A stretch of DNA of 63,416 nt, filler included, from Reticulomyxa filosa (lineage: Eukaryota > Protista > Foraminifera), in NCBI GenBank assembly GCA_000512085.1. It is 18 parts of 18 records of this genome, joined end to end, with 100 filler letters (N's around TTAATTAATTAA, not from the genome) between each part and the next. Parts side by side here need not be neighbours in the genome. Positions count along the whole stretch, not along the records: positions 12,215 to 13,342 come from ASPP01026050.1; positions 13,443 to 15,056 come from ASPP01019271.1; positions 15,157 to 16,632 come from ASPP01025684.1; positions 16,733 to 18,159 come from ASPP01033518.1; positions 18,260 to 20,589 come from ASPP01005816.1; positions 20,690 to 21,894 come from ASPP01003423.1; positions 21,995 to 33,006 come from ASPP01014371.1; 11 more parts are not named here. One strand, 5' to 3'. A program made the position numbers and the translations under genes. The notes beneath the pieces are model-generated. The model worked only from the letters and a program-made list of their open reading frames with translations, was not told where the DNA came from and searched no databases. Below are positions 13,301 to 26,380 of the stretch, piece after piece. Every line of letters starts with the position of its first letter. Within the stretch, counting starts at the first letter, position 1.

Positions 13301-13504
13301 CTGTTTATTATTTGTTATGATACAATTCGTTTTTGGGGATTGNNNNNNNNNNNNNNNNNNNNNNNNNNNNNNNNNNNNNNNNNNNNTTAATTAATTAANN
13401 NNNNNNNNNNNNNNNNNNNNNNNNNNNNNNNNNNNNNNNNNNATGTATTTTTTTTTTTTTTTTTATTCAAATTTGCAGGTTTTTTTTTTTAAAAAAAAAA
13501 AAAC

Positions 13505-13957
13505 CTGCATTGTGTTCAGCGAAATCAAAAGCACTCTTGCAATCCCAATTGTCGATAACAGAGAAAATGGTGGACAGCGAAGTTCCCATGTTCAGGTCCA
13601 ACATACTGTAGCCTGCTTTGTTGTATCCCACTATCCCAAAACGTGAATCATTGCTTGCACCTGATCCGATGTTGAAACTCGTTACAAGCGTTTTTATCAT
13701 ATCCCTCAAACCATCACATTGCCAACTCTTCACATCTTCGCTACAACTTCCATCTAATACTAATATCGCATCCACTGGTTCTGGGCATCGATGTGTTAAG
13801 GCTATTTTTTATTTTTTTTATTAAATTTGTTTGTTTGCTTTTTTTCCAAAAACACTCTTTTTTTTTTTTTTTTTTTTTGTACATATACTTTATGTTTACC
13901 TGCTGCAAATTTATTAAAGGATAACAACGTTACTGCAATCCCAAACTGCCAAAGCAT
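13505..13957 (-). CDS. Secreted von Willebrand factor A (VWA) domain protein, 5' part
   Basis: Signal-peptide-like exon MLWQFGIAVTLLSFNKFAA, an intron, then CPEPVDAILVLDGSCS (MIDAS DxSxS)..LVTSFNIG..SRFGIVGY. Confidence 0.75.
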
Positions 13958-14827
13958 TTTTTTTCTTCTTTGCTGTCTTTAATGTTGCAATGAAAAACGA
14001 CGCAAGAAAATTATCTTTGAAAAAATACAAGTAAGTTTTGCTTCTACTAATAAAACAACAACGTTAATTCAAAAGAATGATTCGAGACAAAAGTAAAAAG
14101 TTTGACAACTACAACAACAAAAAAAAAAGGATCACTCCTCCAGAACGCTTCCCTTTTTGGTTAAAATAACTTGTTTTCTTTTGTGTGTCAACAAATACAC
14201 CTATTTTCAGTTTGTTAAATTTTTTTGGTAAAATTTAGCCAACCAAACCTTGTCAAAGATTTTACTTCTTTTTTCATGATCGTAAAAAAGAAATATTAAA
14301 GTACGAAAATTGTTTGTTTGGCCTTTTTAATTTGTTTAAAAAATCTTTGAACAATATACATTTTGAACATTGACAATTTGGTATGTTAAATTTATTTACA
14401 TCAAACATTTCCAATAAGGTTCAAATTCCAGTACATATCGAAGTTACAAATGAGTTTTGTCTAAGTTGAGGAGTTGGCTAAAAAAAGCTTACTGCATTGA
14501 TTGAGATAAATAGATTTGGTTGTAGGAAGCATTAGCTGGATGTTTTTTATTGTTTTAAGTTTGTGTGATCCACTCAATTTACGCAAAGTTTTGTCAGTTT
14601 CAACTGGGAACTTTTTTTTGTAAATAATTTCAATAACCAAAAAGCGATTCAACGGATGACTGTTGCATAAAATCGTCAAGACATTCTTTATGCAGACCAA
14701 ACTGATGCAAAGAAAATACACATATCTTTTTATAAAAAGATGTATTAACGCACAAAATCAAAGGCTCAAAACAAAAATACAAAATAGTTTTTGTTTTACT
14801 TCGCCTCAGAAGAGCTGTTTCGTGCAC

Positions 14828-14955
14828 AAATATTAAGATAAAGAAGAAGATAATGATGATGAAGATGACAATGAAATAAGATGTCTTAAATTTGAATCAT
14901 TGCAAAAGAAAGGAAAGAACAATGAACAAACATTAGATGATTGTGATGAGCATTT
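14828..14955 (+). pseudogene. Remnant of the C-terminus of the 1851-type WD40 family
   Basis: DDEDDNEIRCLKFESLQKKGKNNEQ resembles DDNEDGEITCLKFLQLRTNRK of the gene at 1851-3232. Confidence 0.6.
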
Positions 14956-15239
14956 ATTCTTTAAAAAATATTACTTTCTTCTGTTGAATTTAGAGCTTTA
15001 AGAAATCTAAAAAGGAACAAAGAGATTTAACTTGCACAATTTAAACTGCTTTTGAANNNNNNNNNNNNNNNNNNNNNNNNNNNNNNNNNNNNNNNNNNNN
15101 TTAATTAATTAANNNNNNNNNNNNNNNNNNNNNNNNNNNNNNNNNNNNNNNNNNNNTGTTTGAAATTTGGTACGTTGAGTTTTTGGCTTGGTTAAAAAAA
15201 CATTGAGACTATCACTTTTAAATTTGAAGATAATGACTT

Positions 15240-16575
15240 AGAAGCAATATCACCAGCCGAAAACTCCACATGATAGTGGCAGATCAATCCCTTCCAACCA
15301 TCACAAGTCTCATAGAAGCCGCAAAAACTCAAAGCTAAAGCGTGTAGAAGAGAACGTCAAGGTGAAGGCACATCATGACGAAAGCGGAAGCCGTGAGAAA
15401 AAAAGCAAAGCCAGCACATGATGTTTTAGTTATTTATCTGTTGTCGATTGAATATAGAAGTGCTGTTAGAAGAGGACCCCACAAAGGATGTAGTTTTAAC
15501 GGATTTTATCTGTGGGGACGTATTGACCGCCAAGTCTGGCTATAAATATCTAAGAGTTGATACTCACATACATATACATACATATATATATATAGAAGAA
15601 AGAGATTTGCACATAATTCCATCCGACAACAAACAGTTGCAAACCAAAAAGCGGAATCAAAGACAAAGGATAAAATATGTGGACGATTTTAATCGGCAGC
15701 AAATACTAGTTAAATAAATAGGTAAAGCATGATAGAAAGGAATATACAAAGATATTGTGATGAACATTATAAATATATACAATCAAATAAAAATATAAAA
15801 TATAAAAAAAAAGATGATATTTCTGCCACGTGTGAATGAATTGTATCGCTTGAGTCCAACCGAATTGTGGTGAAAGCGGCCAAGTCGATTGCATTGAGCT
15901 TGTGCGAGACCATGAGTGAGACGATAGAAATCTCGATTGCAAGCACGTTGATCCCTCCGATCGAGTAGCTGAATAACAATAAATTTTTTTTTATCAAAAC
16001 AAAAAAATGAGGGAGGTAAAAAAAAGATTTAATCGAACATTTGAGACGAGTGGGAAAACTGCATGACAATGTTCGATAGAGGTACAATCAGCGATACCAA
16101 TACCAATAAAAGAAAGAGCAAAGTGCGAATGAAAGTAAAAAACGGGCGACGATGCTATTGGAAGAGTAGTGTGAATACGAGAAAGAGCATTGGGAAGAAG
16201 GAAAAAGAGGTTTTTGACAGAAAAGGATTACTTAAGTGTCTATCACCCCACTTCGAATGTGTTCAACAATAAGTCCATTCCTTCAAAAGAAAAACAAAAA
16301 GATAAAGAAATAAATGTTGCTAAACAAGTCAACTTTTCAGCCGCAAGTCATCATAACACTAACAATGACAGTCATACTACTCATTATCACAACAATAACA
16401 ACAGTGGCGAATTCTCTCGAAGGTGCAGCAAGAGCTATTTTCGTCAAAGCGTTGAGATTCAATGTCCTGATCAACGACTTCTTAAGCGACGTCGACGGCC
16501 CTGTCAACCCTTTCACCAATTCTCAAGAATACGATGCGGATGAAAAACACGACCAATCACATGACACGACAGGTA
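15240..16575 (+). other. Fragmentary multi-exon coding-like region, product unknown (possibly a pseudogene)
   Basis: Short higher-GC ORFs (15448, 16063-16586) alternate with AT-rich intron-like stretches. No clean splice model was found. Confidence 0.3.
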
Positions 16576-16732
16576 AATCACCTTAATTTCTTTCTACTCA
16601 CACCACCCTTTTTTTTTAAATTTGCATAGTTANNNNNNNNNNNNNNNNNNNNNNNNNNNNNNNNNNNNNNNNNNNNTTAATTAATTAANNNNNNNNNNNN
16701 NNNNNNNNNNNNNNNNNNNNNNNNNNNNNNNN

Positions 16733-18159
16733 GAATTAGTTTATCAAAGAGAACATTAATTAAAGAAAAAATATGTACTGAAACAGATTTGTAATGGTTA
16801 TATCGTATGAGATTTTATGGAATAGAGTAGAAAAAGATGTATTAAGAAAATTAGAAATTCGTATTAGTAGAGCAAAATTTTATTATGGTTTTGAATATTT
16901 TGGTGCTACAGAAAAATTAGTACAAACACTTTTTAACAGATAAAAGCATATTTAACTTTATGTGAAGCATTTACATGTTAAATTAGTCCTGCTGGTACTG
17001 TTAATGCATTAGGTGCACAATTAGGAAGATTTGTATTAGTATTTATTTTGTTGTGATGAAACTTTTGATTATAATGCAATGTCAATGTGGAACATGGGGG
17101 ATGTTTTGATGAATTTAATCGATTAGAAGAACAAATATTATCTGCAAATATTAACTATACAAACTGGTTTACGTGAAAATTCTGCTGAAATTAATGTCGT
17201 GGTATAGAAAAAGTTAAATTAAATCCTGATTATGCTGGATGTTCTGAATTATCAAGATAATTTAAAACAATTATTTAGAGGTATGGCTATGATGCGATCT
17301 AAATCGTGTATTAATAGCACAAGTTATGTTATTTTCACAAGGTTTTGGTACTGCAGAACAATTATCATCTAAAATTCTTTTATTATTTGAATTATGTAAT
17401 GATCAAATTATCTAAACAAAGTCATTATGATTTTTGGTTTACGTGCTTTAAAAGCAGTTTTAAGAAGTGCTGGTGTAATTTAAAAAAGAAAAGAACAAAT
17501 GTATTTAGTTAAAAAATTAATGAAACAAAAGGAGGTGATATTGTACGTATGCCTGCAGAAATGGAAGAAAGTATTTTAATAAGATATCTTTAATGATAAA
17601 TTTTTATTTGATAGTTTATTAGAATCTGCATTTCCTGGTGCTAATATAGATGGTATTAAAAGCAAGAATTTTAGATGTAGCTAAAGAAAGATTTTATCGG
17701 TGTAATGCAATTTCATACTATACAAGATATTAATTGGTAAAAGTAGTGCAAGAGATGTATTAATGGAAGCTATGCGTAGAAAAATATGAAATAGATCCTA
17801 AAAGCTATTAATAAAGAACAATTATATGTGTATATTAGATCCTACTACTTTACGCATGATTATAGATAATCAACAACGTCATTGGATAGTATTTGATGGG
17901 TGATGTAGATCCTGAATTGGGCAGATAATGTAAGAATAATAAAATTTAAATGCAGCTACACCAGGCAACAGTATCACGTTGTGGTATGGTAACATTACCA
18001 ATGTTATTTTTTAATCAATTAGAAACATTACGTTCTAAACCTAGTCCATTAAATGATTGGCAAAAAGTACATAATATAATAGTAGATTATATTTAATACC
18101 AATATTTCAAACAGAAAATGGTAAAAATATAAAAATATATGAAGCATTAAAATGGATAG
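16733..18159 (+). pseudogene. DYNC1H1: Cytoplasmic dynein heavy chain AAA1-AAA2 fragment, heavily frameshifted and internally deleted
   Basis: [118 protein letters not shown] and TVSRCGMV occur in changing frames. Confidence 0.9.
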
Positions 18160-18342
18160 NNNNNNNNNNNNNNNNNNNNNNNNNNNNNNNNNNNNNNNNN
18201 NNNTTAATTAATTAANNNNNNNNNNNNNNNNNNNNNNNNNNNNNNNNNNNNNNNNNNNNTTTTTTTTTTTTTTGAAAACAAAAAAAGGGGGTGTAAAAGA
18301 ATTTAATAATAATAAAACTTTTTTAAAAAGTTGAAATATATA

Positions 18343-18856
18343 CCATGCTGCTTCAAATTGTAATTTGCATTTTTTTTCTTCTTCAGGGGTCTTCTCACGA
18401 AAGTCTTCACATTGAACTTTTTTGTGCAAAATGTTGACGAGATGGGGTACGACGCCTGTTTTGAACACTTGCTCAATGGGAGGCTTCTCTTCCACACTGA
18501 GTAACTGCCTTATGGCTTGGACACCATTAAACGTTTGCTCAAGATCGTTGGATTTGGCCGAGTCGGCAAATTTGTCCAAGTTCTCCAGCCGAACCCACGA
18601 CGGAATTGGTGGGCCTTTCACTACTACTTCTCCTGGTGTACTTGAAAAACGGCTCGATTCCGATTTGTTGTCACTACTCTTATCCGTTGGCTCATTCAAC
18701 GCTTTCCTTCGCTTGTTCAGGTATCCTTCTCGAGTTTGCTTGCGCAGATTCAATCTCTCTTCAAACCTTTTCACTTTGGATACTTCTGTGTCAATCCCTC
18801 GTTGGAATTCGCGACGATTTTCATTTGGAAACATCTGCGTTCTGATCAAGATTATG
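18343..18856 (-). CDS. KPNA: Importin subunit alpha, first exon (IBB domain and start of ARM repeats)
   Basis: RREFQRGIDTEVSKVKRFEERLNLRKQTREGYLNKRR (IBB), then AIRQLLSVEEKPPIEQVFKTGVVPHLV..LQFEAAW|gt intron. Start codon uncertain; the contig is truncated. Confidence 0.92.
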
Positions 18857-19574
18857 CTGACGAAAAATATTATTATTATTTAAAAAAAAAAACCGCGGCT
18901 AATAAATTTCAAAAGTCTCTTCCGATTTCAGTATGCCAAATAAAAGATATCAACATTCATGTTGTGTTTTCCTTCATACACTGCAAATAGTTAATTCTGG
19001 TGGAACCTCTTTATATAACCATCAAATAACTAAAATTATATTGTCAAATTTTTGAAACTAATTGCATAATACATTCTGTCGTCAAGACGTAATAAAATTT
19101 TATCTTTATTTTGTCACGTGCAAAATAGCGCATTTTTGTGCAAACACGCTGTTTCTGTCAGCCATAATCCCGTTATTCCTCGTTAAAAAAAGAAGAACCA
19201 ATGTTCAGCATATTTATTGGATGGAATGACAAATTTGATAGCAGTCATTTGTTTCAAAAGAAAATAGAGTAAATTGCATGAAGATCAACAGTAATTGTAA
19301 ATTTCTTTTTTAAAATAAAAACAGCAAAGAATCGTACATTTTTTGATAAAAGACAGAGTAAGCAATAAAGACTTTGGTAAAATTTTCTAACAAGTTTTAG
19401 GAAAAAAAGTGTTATACATGAATTTATATAAGGTAATGAACAAAGACATAATTAAGTTTATAACTGCATCAACAGTAGGAAAATAAAAATAATAGATCAG
19501 AAAAAATTTATGATTTATCTTACATCAAATGTTCTTACAGGACTGACTAGGATCATCAGCCAGATGAAGATTCT

Positions 19575-19796
19575 TGTAGGGTAAGTCAATATTATACAAT
19601 ATCAAATACTAACGGAATTTTGGGACCACATGTGGGTTAAAACCTATTTAAAACACAACTCACTTTTGTGTTTTCTTTACTTGTTTTCCTTTATTGTGTT
19701 GAAATTATTTTTGTTAATTTAATTTACTTTTACTGAAGTTTCTTTTTTGAACTAAGTTCATTTCGTATTACACTTAGTCGTATCAATATTCCTACA
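19575..19796 (+). mobile_element. Solo-LTR-like (or MITE-like) element, 222 bp
   Basis: TGTAGG...CCTACA termini with a 4-bp TSD TTCT (19571-19574 and 19797-19800). Shares gtggg..aaaac, ttttac.gaa and tttcgtattaca.ttagt with 6368-6596. Confidence 0.72.
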
Positions 19797-20689
19797 TTCT
19801 GTTCTATTTTATTTTATTTTTTGCATTCACAAAATCATTATTATTTTTTTTAATTTAAGAGAAAGAGGCTTTTAACAATTTCTTCATCAATAACTTCAAA
19901 AAAAGCATTTGCATAAATTTAATGATGATAATTCAAAACTGTTTCGTCTGCACCTTTTCACAAATTGGCAAATTAATCAAGAAAATGTAAAAAAAGAGAA
20001 AACAAAAAAAGGACTTTTACTTGGAACAAGTGACGAGATTTTTTTGGTCAAATATCAAAGGAAATTTTAAAAAAATGGTTTGTGATTAATTTTAAGAGGT
20101 TTGTTTTAAATGAGGACAAGTTTGTTTTCAAAATTATGTGAAGTATAATAAAGCACAGAATGAAAAAATTGAAGGTACTCAAAAACTTGAGGAATCTGTG
20201 ATCGGAAAAAAAAAAACAGAAAGCGTAAAATTTGCATAATTGTGTTTGTGGAATAACAGCACAATTGTACATTTAGAAAGACTGAAAACAGACAAAAAAA
20301 AAAGGGAGATGATTTGGTGTTGATTTTGAGTAAGAGACAAAAAGCAAGGACCAGTGATAGTAGAATTATGAATCCGGTACGGACAAGTGTGTGGTATTGG
20401 TGGCATTGTCATTTTCAATGGCATTGGGATGAATAAAGGTATGTTGAGATTCCTTAGGGAAAGGTTCAGATTCGTTATCTGCAGGATGTTCAATGGTTTG
20501 AAAATGGCCATAGTAGCTATCGATGGAATCCTGTGTGGATGCTCTGGAGCGATACTGAGAAAGCAAATGAGGACTGTTGTTATGTGTCGNNNNNNNNNNN
20601 NNNNNNNNNNNNNNNNNNNNNNNNNNNNNNNNNTTAATTAATTAANNNNNNNNNNNNNNNNNNNNNNNNNNNNNNNNNNNNNNNNNNNN

Positions 20690-21727
20690 TGCATTTGCAT
20701 TTACATTTGCATTTACATTTGCATTTACATTTGAATTTGTATTTGCATTTGGATCTGAGGATTGCTTTGTAGAGATCAAAGACGGAGCGACTCCAAAACA
20801 GTAATCTGTTCCTAACTCTGGATGTTGCTGAAAGGTGGCCAAAACATATCGATTCCAACGAAAGAAAAAAGGACGAAAGTAGTCATTTGTGTCCCATATG
20901 CTCTGACATGACCTATTTAATCTTGCTAATGTTATCATTGTTTCGCATACCGTCAAATACCATGAAATATGAAGCATCACTTCTTTGGGAAGGGTACTAA
21001 ATAATCCATTGCTGCTTTTTCCTTTATGTTTATGTTTATGTCGCGTATATCTTATATCCATTGCTGGCTCTTGTTTTTTTCCCCCCCCCCCCCCTCCTCC
21101 CTTTTTTGAAAGAATAAAAGAGTCGTTTGTTTGTGACTCCAAACCTAAAAGTGGGACATTTGAATCAGCTTGTTCAGTATACGTGCCTCCATCGTTTAAT
21201 TTCCTTTTGATTTGTGGACTGGTGATTGGTAGAGTGTAATCTTCCATCTCCTTGCGACTCCTTTTTTTTTTTGAAGCTGCATTAAAGTGCTTTTCATATT
21301 TACTATCCTCGTCCGTCGCCGAGCTCATTTTGTCATCGCAATCACTCGAATCATCGTCACTATTGCAACATATTTCCGCCAATATCTCATCCACGTCCCA
21401 TGACATGTCGCCTCTGTATACGTCTGCCGACTCTGTCAATGGCTTGCAACTGTTGGTATGCTCGTTATCAAACAATTCCATGGCATTCATTGCTGGCTCC
21501 AATTCTTCATCTCCATTCGCTTGTTCGTACTCCGAATCTAGTTCTTTGTCACTTTTTGATTCCTCGTTTAGATCGATATCTCCTCTTACTAGAGCAGACA
21601 ACTGCTTCATCCTTTCGACTCGCTCTGCCTTTTTTTTGACAATCGGGTCGATTTTCGTTCTATTTTTTTTTTTTTTTTTTTTAGAGATAATATTGAATGA
21701 CATTTTAAATCCCTCTCTTTCGATCAT
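20690..21727 (-). CDS. F-box protein with acidic/low-complexity N-terminus (3' truncated)
   Basis: FSTLPKEVMLHISWYLTVCETMITLARLNRSCQSIW is an F-box motif. Start and splicing are uncertain. Confidence 0.75.
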
Positions 21728-21994
21728 TATGTGACTATATACAAATTCAGATAGGGAAGCTTACGTTTTTTATCAGGTTTGTTACTTGTGCTAATGTTAT
21801 TACTACAGTCATCAATTTTATCCGATAATTTCCAATCATCACTCTCGTCTTGACTCGTTGGTGACGCTTTTTCTGTGACGCGTTTCAGTTTACGNNNNNN
21901 NNNNNNNNNNNNNNNNNNNNNNNNNNNNNNNNNNNNNNTTAATTAATTAANNNNNNNNNNNNNNNNNNNNNNNNNNNNNNNNNNNNNNNNNNNN

Positions 21995-23775
21995 ATAATG
22001 ATAATGATAATGATAATGGTAATGATAATGACAATGACAATGACAATGAAAAAAAAAGTGAGAATGACCTGCAATGGCACATAGACAAAAACAAGGCAAA
22101 AACATCCGATATCACACGACACATACACTGACACAGTCGTATTTGCAAAAGAAATTAGAACACTTGGTCGAGAGCTGCAGCGATGAGCAGCTATGCAAAT
22201 ACATTGAGTGGAAGATCGCCCACGACATACAATCGCTGCGGACCTGGCTCAAGATCTTGGCCAACACTGTCACGTGCTCTCTGGAAGAGGAAAACATGCT
22301 CATTCGCGAATGGGAGGAGTATTTGGGCAAGGACCACACCGACGATGAACAAGACATCCTCGACTATAACAACGATTATGACAATCACAATCTCATTCGC
22401 AATCGCAATCGCAATCTGTATCGTCATGATAATGACGAAGATGAGACTGGTATATCATACTGAAATTTGGTAAAACAAATGTACATATAATCATTGCTTG
22501 TGTTGACAACAGACTTTATGAACGGAAGCGAAGAGCGTTTTGAAAACGGCGATAGTGATGACGGCGTAAATGCAGAAAAAGAGGAAGAGGAGTTGGAAGA
22601 ACAGAATGCAATTGGGAATTGCCACAATGAGCTTGAGTTAGATATGGACGTAAATATCAATTTGCATTTGAACAAAAATAGCAGCAATGTGCACAAATAC
22701 AAACATAAAAGCAAAACTAAACCAAAAGCTAAAACAAAGTTGCATTTGGCCAAATATAACAATGCAATCAATCCCTGCTATTTACAAGACAATGATAATA
22801 AACACGAGCATGAACATGAACATGAGCATGAGCATGAGCATGAGCATGAACATGAACATGGAAGTGATGAATTCATTAAGGCATTGCCTATCAATGCAGT
22901 CAACTCCATCACGGAACACAATCCTGTCCAATTGAGTAAAAAATCCTATCCGCACTCTTGTTATGACAACGATGACGACAATGATCACGACTGTGATTTG
23001 ACCATCCAAATGGTATCAATGCCAATGTCGTGGATTTCTTACCATCGCAAAACAAATCAAAGAATTTCCAAAGAGCTTCGTCCCTGCCTCTCAATCATTT
23101 GCTCGATTTGCCAGCAGATTGGTAATTCAAACAATAAAACATATACATATATATGCATATACATATATATGCATATACATATACACATATATGTATATAT
23201 CCTTGTTATACGTGTGAATGAATAGGCTTATGTTTCTCGTTCAAAACTACTTTGACAACCGCGAATTGCTATTGACATTACCTTTGGTGTGCAAAAAGTT
23301 TCGAATACTGGCGGCCAATCCAGTATGTTGGCGTGCGCTATTGCTGACCATGGCGAATATTCGCAACATCGACAAGACCCCTCAAGCCTTTCGCAAGTTT
23401 TTAATTCGATCGTGCTCATATTTGACTACCATCACCATCCATGGGCCCATTGAGCCAACTGATTGGAACTCCTGGCTCCACATTATCCGGATCTTGTCCA
23501 ATCACGCACATCGACAAAAGAAAATGAAGAGTGCTCCCGTTGCGTTCAATGACTATACATACACGCATAACATAACAAATATATACATATACGTATTTGT
23601 TATATTATTGTCATGTTATGCATAATGTGTGTATATATGTGTATGTACAAAAACGTAGCAATCAACACAATCGAGTCGATGGACAAGTCTCACAATGGAC
23701 ACTGGAGATGTGAACAATGATAAGAATAGTAGTATAGACGTGGATGTGCCACCAGATTGGAAAGCAAATCCACAT

Positions 23776-23808
<33 letters not shown>

Positions 23809-24702
23809 AATAATAGCAGTCATGGACCAGTGATTGATACACTTTATATACGTTGTCGCCACATTTCTCGTCGTGGTCCTCGTTGGCTGGAAGCATTAAC
23901 TCGTATCACCACCATCGAACATATCCACTGCGCGGCTTTATCACGTGCTGATGACGTCGAAAAACTACTCGAACGCTTCCCCAATTTGAAGACACTCAAC
24001 GTAAACGTTCTTGGTCCCGCACACCAATCCAGGCAGTTTGATGAGCGCCATGTCCAATCCTTGCGCCGTATTTTGGAATTGATACCTCCCACCGTTACCG
24101 AATTTGCAATTCCCGTGTCGGTATGTGTATACGTGTGTGTGTGTGTATCAATTAATTAAATGTACACTACAAAAAAAACAACGTATATGCATATACGTAA
24201 TTAAGTCGTATAAAACATGCACACATACAATACATGCACGTGGGGAAAATAGGTACCGGAGGAGTTTGTTTGCCAATGCTTTGCAAAAATGCCGCACTTG
24301 GAAAATTTGGACTTTTTTCGTTTAACAACGCCACACGACACGGTGGAAGTGAATAGTTGGGCGTGTTGCTTGAGTGCAGAAACGATCAAATATTTGGGCC
24401 AGAAATGTCCGAAATTGAAAAAGTGTCAAATTTTTGTCAAGTCGTTTCGCCACACTAACGACACTTGGAAAGCTGTGCAAGAGCTGTTGCAAAACTGTCC
24501 AAACATTCGAATGTTAACAATTGGAATGGAACAGTCTGCAACATTCGACAGTCGTGAAATCAAAATGTCTTTGGATAAGCAATATCGCAGATATTTTGAT
24601 CAGCTGAAGCGAGTCGATTGGCTCAGTTCACGTTTTAAAAAGTTTAAAAAAAAAACTATGGTTTTTCCAAAGTTTAGCATTACGTGGTGTTTACTGACAT
24701 AA
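21995..24702 (+). CDS. F-box/LRR protein, multi-exon (5' truncated)
   Basis: LMFLVQNYFDNRELLLTLPLVCKKFRILAANPVCWR (F-box) and LRR-like LLERFPNLKTLNV, YLGQKCPKLKKCQI, LLQNCPNIRMLTI. Microsatellite-rich GT-AG introns. Confidence 0.8.
22802..22860 (+). repeat. Coding His-Glu dipeptide repeat (CATGAR)n
   Basis: HEHEHEHE.. tract in ORF 22494-23225. Confidence 0.8.
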
Positions 24703-25186
24703 TGTAATTTTTTATCCTTCTCTCTCTCTCTACCTCCTCATGATAATCCCCTCTCTTTGTGTTTGAAACCATTTACTTTTTGTTTGATTGAGAGCTTCCT
24801 CATGAGAACCTGGGAGATTGTTAATTTACGCAAATTTTTTTTCTTCTCCCGTTTTCTCTCATTCTCTATTTTACTTTTCATAGGTACCTTTTTTTTTTCC
24901 TTCCATTATTTTACTTTTTGTGAGAAATTTTATCTAATTTTCTGTGTTGCAAACTTCTTTCAAAATTTTGTTTTGTTTTATCGAAACGAGTTTCTTGTTC
25001 TTCTTCTTTTTTTTGCAATAGTATTAAAAGTTGTGATGACACTTCTGTGCACGGTTCTGTTAAGGATGTGATTTTCTCTTGTTGTTTTGAATTGCTTTTT
25101 TTTTTGACATTTTCTGAAAATATGTTTAACGTTTTGAAACGCTTCCAAACTCGAAAAGTTGCTGGAACAGAGGAGACAAGAACGCA

Positions 25187-25939
25187 ATGTCTTTGAAACG
25201 TACCTTTTTTAAATCAAAAATGTTCACGTCAGCAAAGGATGTTTCTTCTAATAAAGTTCTTATATTGGCAAAACAGAACAAAATTCTAAACTTTTGGGTG
25301 CGACGTGTCAAATATGTGGCAAAATGGCCGGTTGATTTGGATAATGTTGTTGTGACGTTTTGCGGGTTCAGTTATGTGGTGAGTAGCAAAGGATCAGAAG
25401 ACAACAGAAATTACTCAGTCGAACTAGTTTGGAATGAAACAGTGGCAAAAAAGAGAGTGAAGGAACAAGACTCAGCTACAGACTTTGTGGCGACTTTGTC
25501 TTATGGACAAATGATAACTTTCGAATGGACAAAGCAAGCCAAGACGAAACTCCATTACTTCTTTGATTCACAGGTGCAGCGATTCGTTGCGGATTTATGG
25601 TTAAACGGATTCTTAGAATCAGAGAACCAAGGACTCATCCAAAAACTTAGCACAACGTATTACGTGGGGAAACACGCTACAGGCGGTGCAGAATTTACTA
25701 AGTATGAAAATAAAAAGCTAGCTGAAAGTGCATATTTGCGAATCTCTCTCAATTATGCAAAAGTAATGGTCGGCGAAAATAAAATTTTACAGCACCATGG
25801 CGATGCACTCGTGTGGTGGAAGTCATGTGTTGGCGCCGTCTTGATCTCTGTCGTTGATGAAACGTATGCTGAACAAGGAAACTTGTATTCACTTTTCAAT
25901 ACTTTGAATTTTGGTTCACTTTTGCCCCAGCAAAAATAG
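25187..25939 (+). CDS. Intronless hypothetical protein, 250 aa
   Basis: Uninterrupted ATG-to-stop ORF with globular composition. No recognised motif. Confidence 0.65.
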   Translation: MSLKRTFFKSKMFTSAKDVSSNKVLILAKQNKILNFWVRRVKYVAKWPVDLDNVVVTFCGFSYVVSSKGSEDNRNYSVELVWNETVAKKRVKEQDSATDFVATLSYGQMITFEWTKQAKTKLHYFFDSQVQRFVADLWLNGFLESENQGLIQKLSTTYYVGKHATGGAEFTKYENKKLAESAYLRISLNYAKVMVGENKILQHHGDALVWWKSCVGAVLISVVDETYAEQGNLYSLFNTLNFGSLLPQQK

Positions 25940-26380
25940 TTTCAAAAGATTACATTTAAAGGCTCTCAATTTTTTACTTCTCATAAAAGAAACCACTTTT
26001 TGTAATTTAATATTCCTACATGCTCTTCCCATGAATATCTAATTTAATTTTTTTAGATACTTCAATTTTGTACAAATGAGAAAATATATCCTCTTTGGGC
26101 TCTATTTCTGTTAAATTTCATGGCGTGTTGTAAAAAAGTTATGCATATTACTCAACTGTTTTATTTTTACTCCTCAATTAATATTTTGTTCCATATTGCA
26201 TTTCGGATTCATGATGATGTGCACAGTTGCCTAAGGTACACATTCACGTTTGTCTAGATTAACACAAACATCAAGAAAGAAAAAGTTCATTGAAGTGTGC
26301 TCCCCTCCAGCAGCATTCTGAATTTTTCTATCGTCATTCTCTGGGCTCTTTTTTTTTTGAACTTCTGTGTGAGTGTGTCA

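Noticed and set aside
7293-18159. Dynein IC and dynein HC as a dynein gene cluster
   Set aside because: They lie on different contigs, and the HC copy is non-functional.
20690-24702. Head-to-head pair of F-box genes as a cluster
   Set aside because: They are separated by a spacer (21895-21994), so the adjacency is artificial.
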